Part shown: positions 63,297 through 64,000 of the stretch, one piece after another | Layout: each line of letters opens with the position of its first letter | Position numbering within the stretch: the first letter of the stretch is position 1 | From: Lama guanicoe | Taxonomy: Eukaryota | Reading direction: 5' to 3' | NCBI GenBank assembly: GCA_013239625.1 | Contig: MU056029.1 | Location: forward strand, 248,001 to 312,000 | Length of the DNA stretch: 64,000 nt | Notes under the pieces: generated by a model | The model's input: only the letters and a program-made list of their open reading frames with translations | Told to the model about the DNA's origin: nothing | Database searches by the model: none | Position numbers and translations under genes: made by a program

Positions 63297-64000
63297 GTGG
63301 GTGCTGACGCCTGGTACAGGGAGCTGTGGTGTAGCCCACGTCACTGTCACAGTGTCACGGTGTGCATGCCACCCAGCTGCTTCCTTCCCAGCGTCTACAA
63401 GGACCTGCCATGAAAAGGTGCTCTGTAGCACTCAGACCATATCCTCCTAGGTCACGTATTAACAACATCACACAACAGTGGCAACGGGACACGCTCTCTT
63501 TGCAAAGTGAAGGTTGTTTATTGCTCGTTATGAGTTTGACAGGCAAGACCCGAGACAGGGACCATCATACCTCCAGGTGACCTTTACCAAATGCCTGCAT
63601 GGAAATGGATGTTGGAATGAACGTGGCATGCATGTGTGTGTGCGTGTGCATGTTTTCCCGGAGTTCTCAGTTTTTCCTTCCTGGAGAAGCAGAGCCCCCA
63701 CCCTCCCGGTGGTGGGATGGAGAGAGAGAGGGTGGGGGATCTCTGCTGGGGCCCTGTGCTCGCGTGTCACCTCCCCTCACTCCCGACCACACCCGTCCGG
63801 GGTTCACTGCGCTCACACACATTTACACATGTTGAAGAAAACCAATCTGCTGCATTTTCTTATAAAATGAGATGAAAAAATAAACTTCAACACATCTTTT
63901 CATGTGTCACTCTTCTATAAACTTTTATATATGTTAAAGCTCTTCTTTTTCTTTTCAATATACTCTACTTAGAAATTTTAAAAAATAAACTTTCTTTTTG

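Overview
This is mammalian genomic DNA, most likely a camelid, inferred from several tRNA-derived Vic-1-type SINEs. It has two N gaps. I can support no protein-coding exon. The ORF track is explained by repeats (L1 ORF2 C-terminus, Tigger1 transposase, LTRs, microsatellites) and by chance GC-rich frames. The main host feature is a CpG-island promoter at about 21.55-22.15 kb with a perfect MEF2 site, AP-1, E-boxes and GC boxes. It is followed by a probable non-coding first exon on the + strand (donor CAG/GTACGT at 22038). The rest of the window is therefore probably 5'-UTR introns of a large gene that I cannot name. The window is dense in transposons: about a dozen ERV LTR pieces (four solo LTRs of one family, three with perfect 4-bp target-site duplications (TSDs)), many L1 fragments, SINEs, Tigger1, MLT1, LTR16 and a U6 retrocopy. 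I found no convincing new biological system. The best leads are the LTR cluster with a closely spaced inverted pair, local AT-to-GC substitution bias, repeated insertion at one homologous L1 site, and a possible internal promoter near 44.5-45.2 kb. Repeat family names come from recall of consensus sequences and need RepeatMasker/Dfam confirmation.
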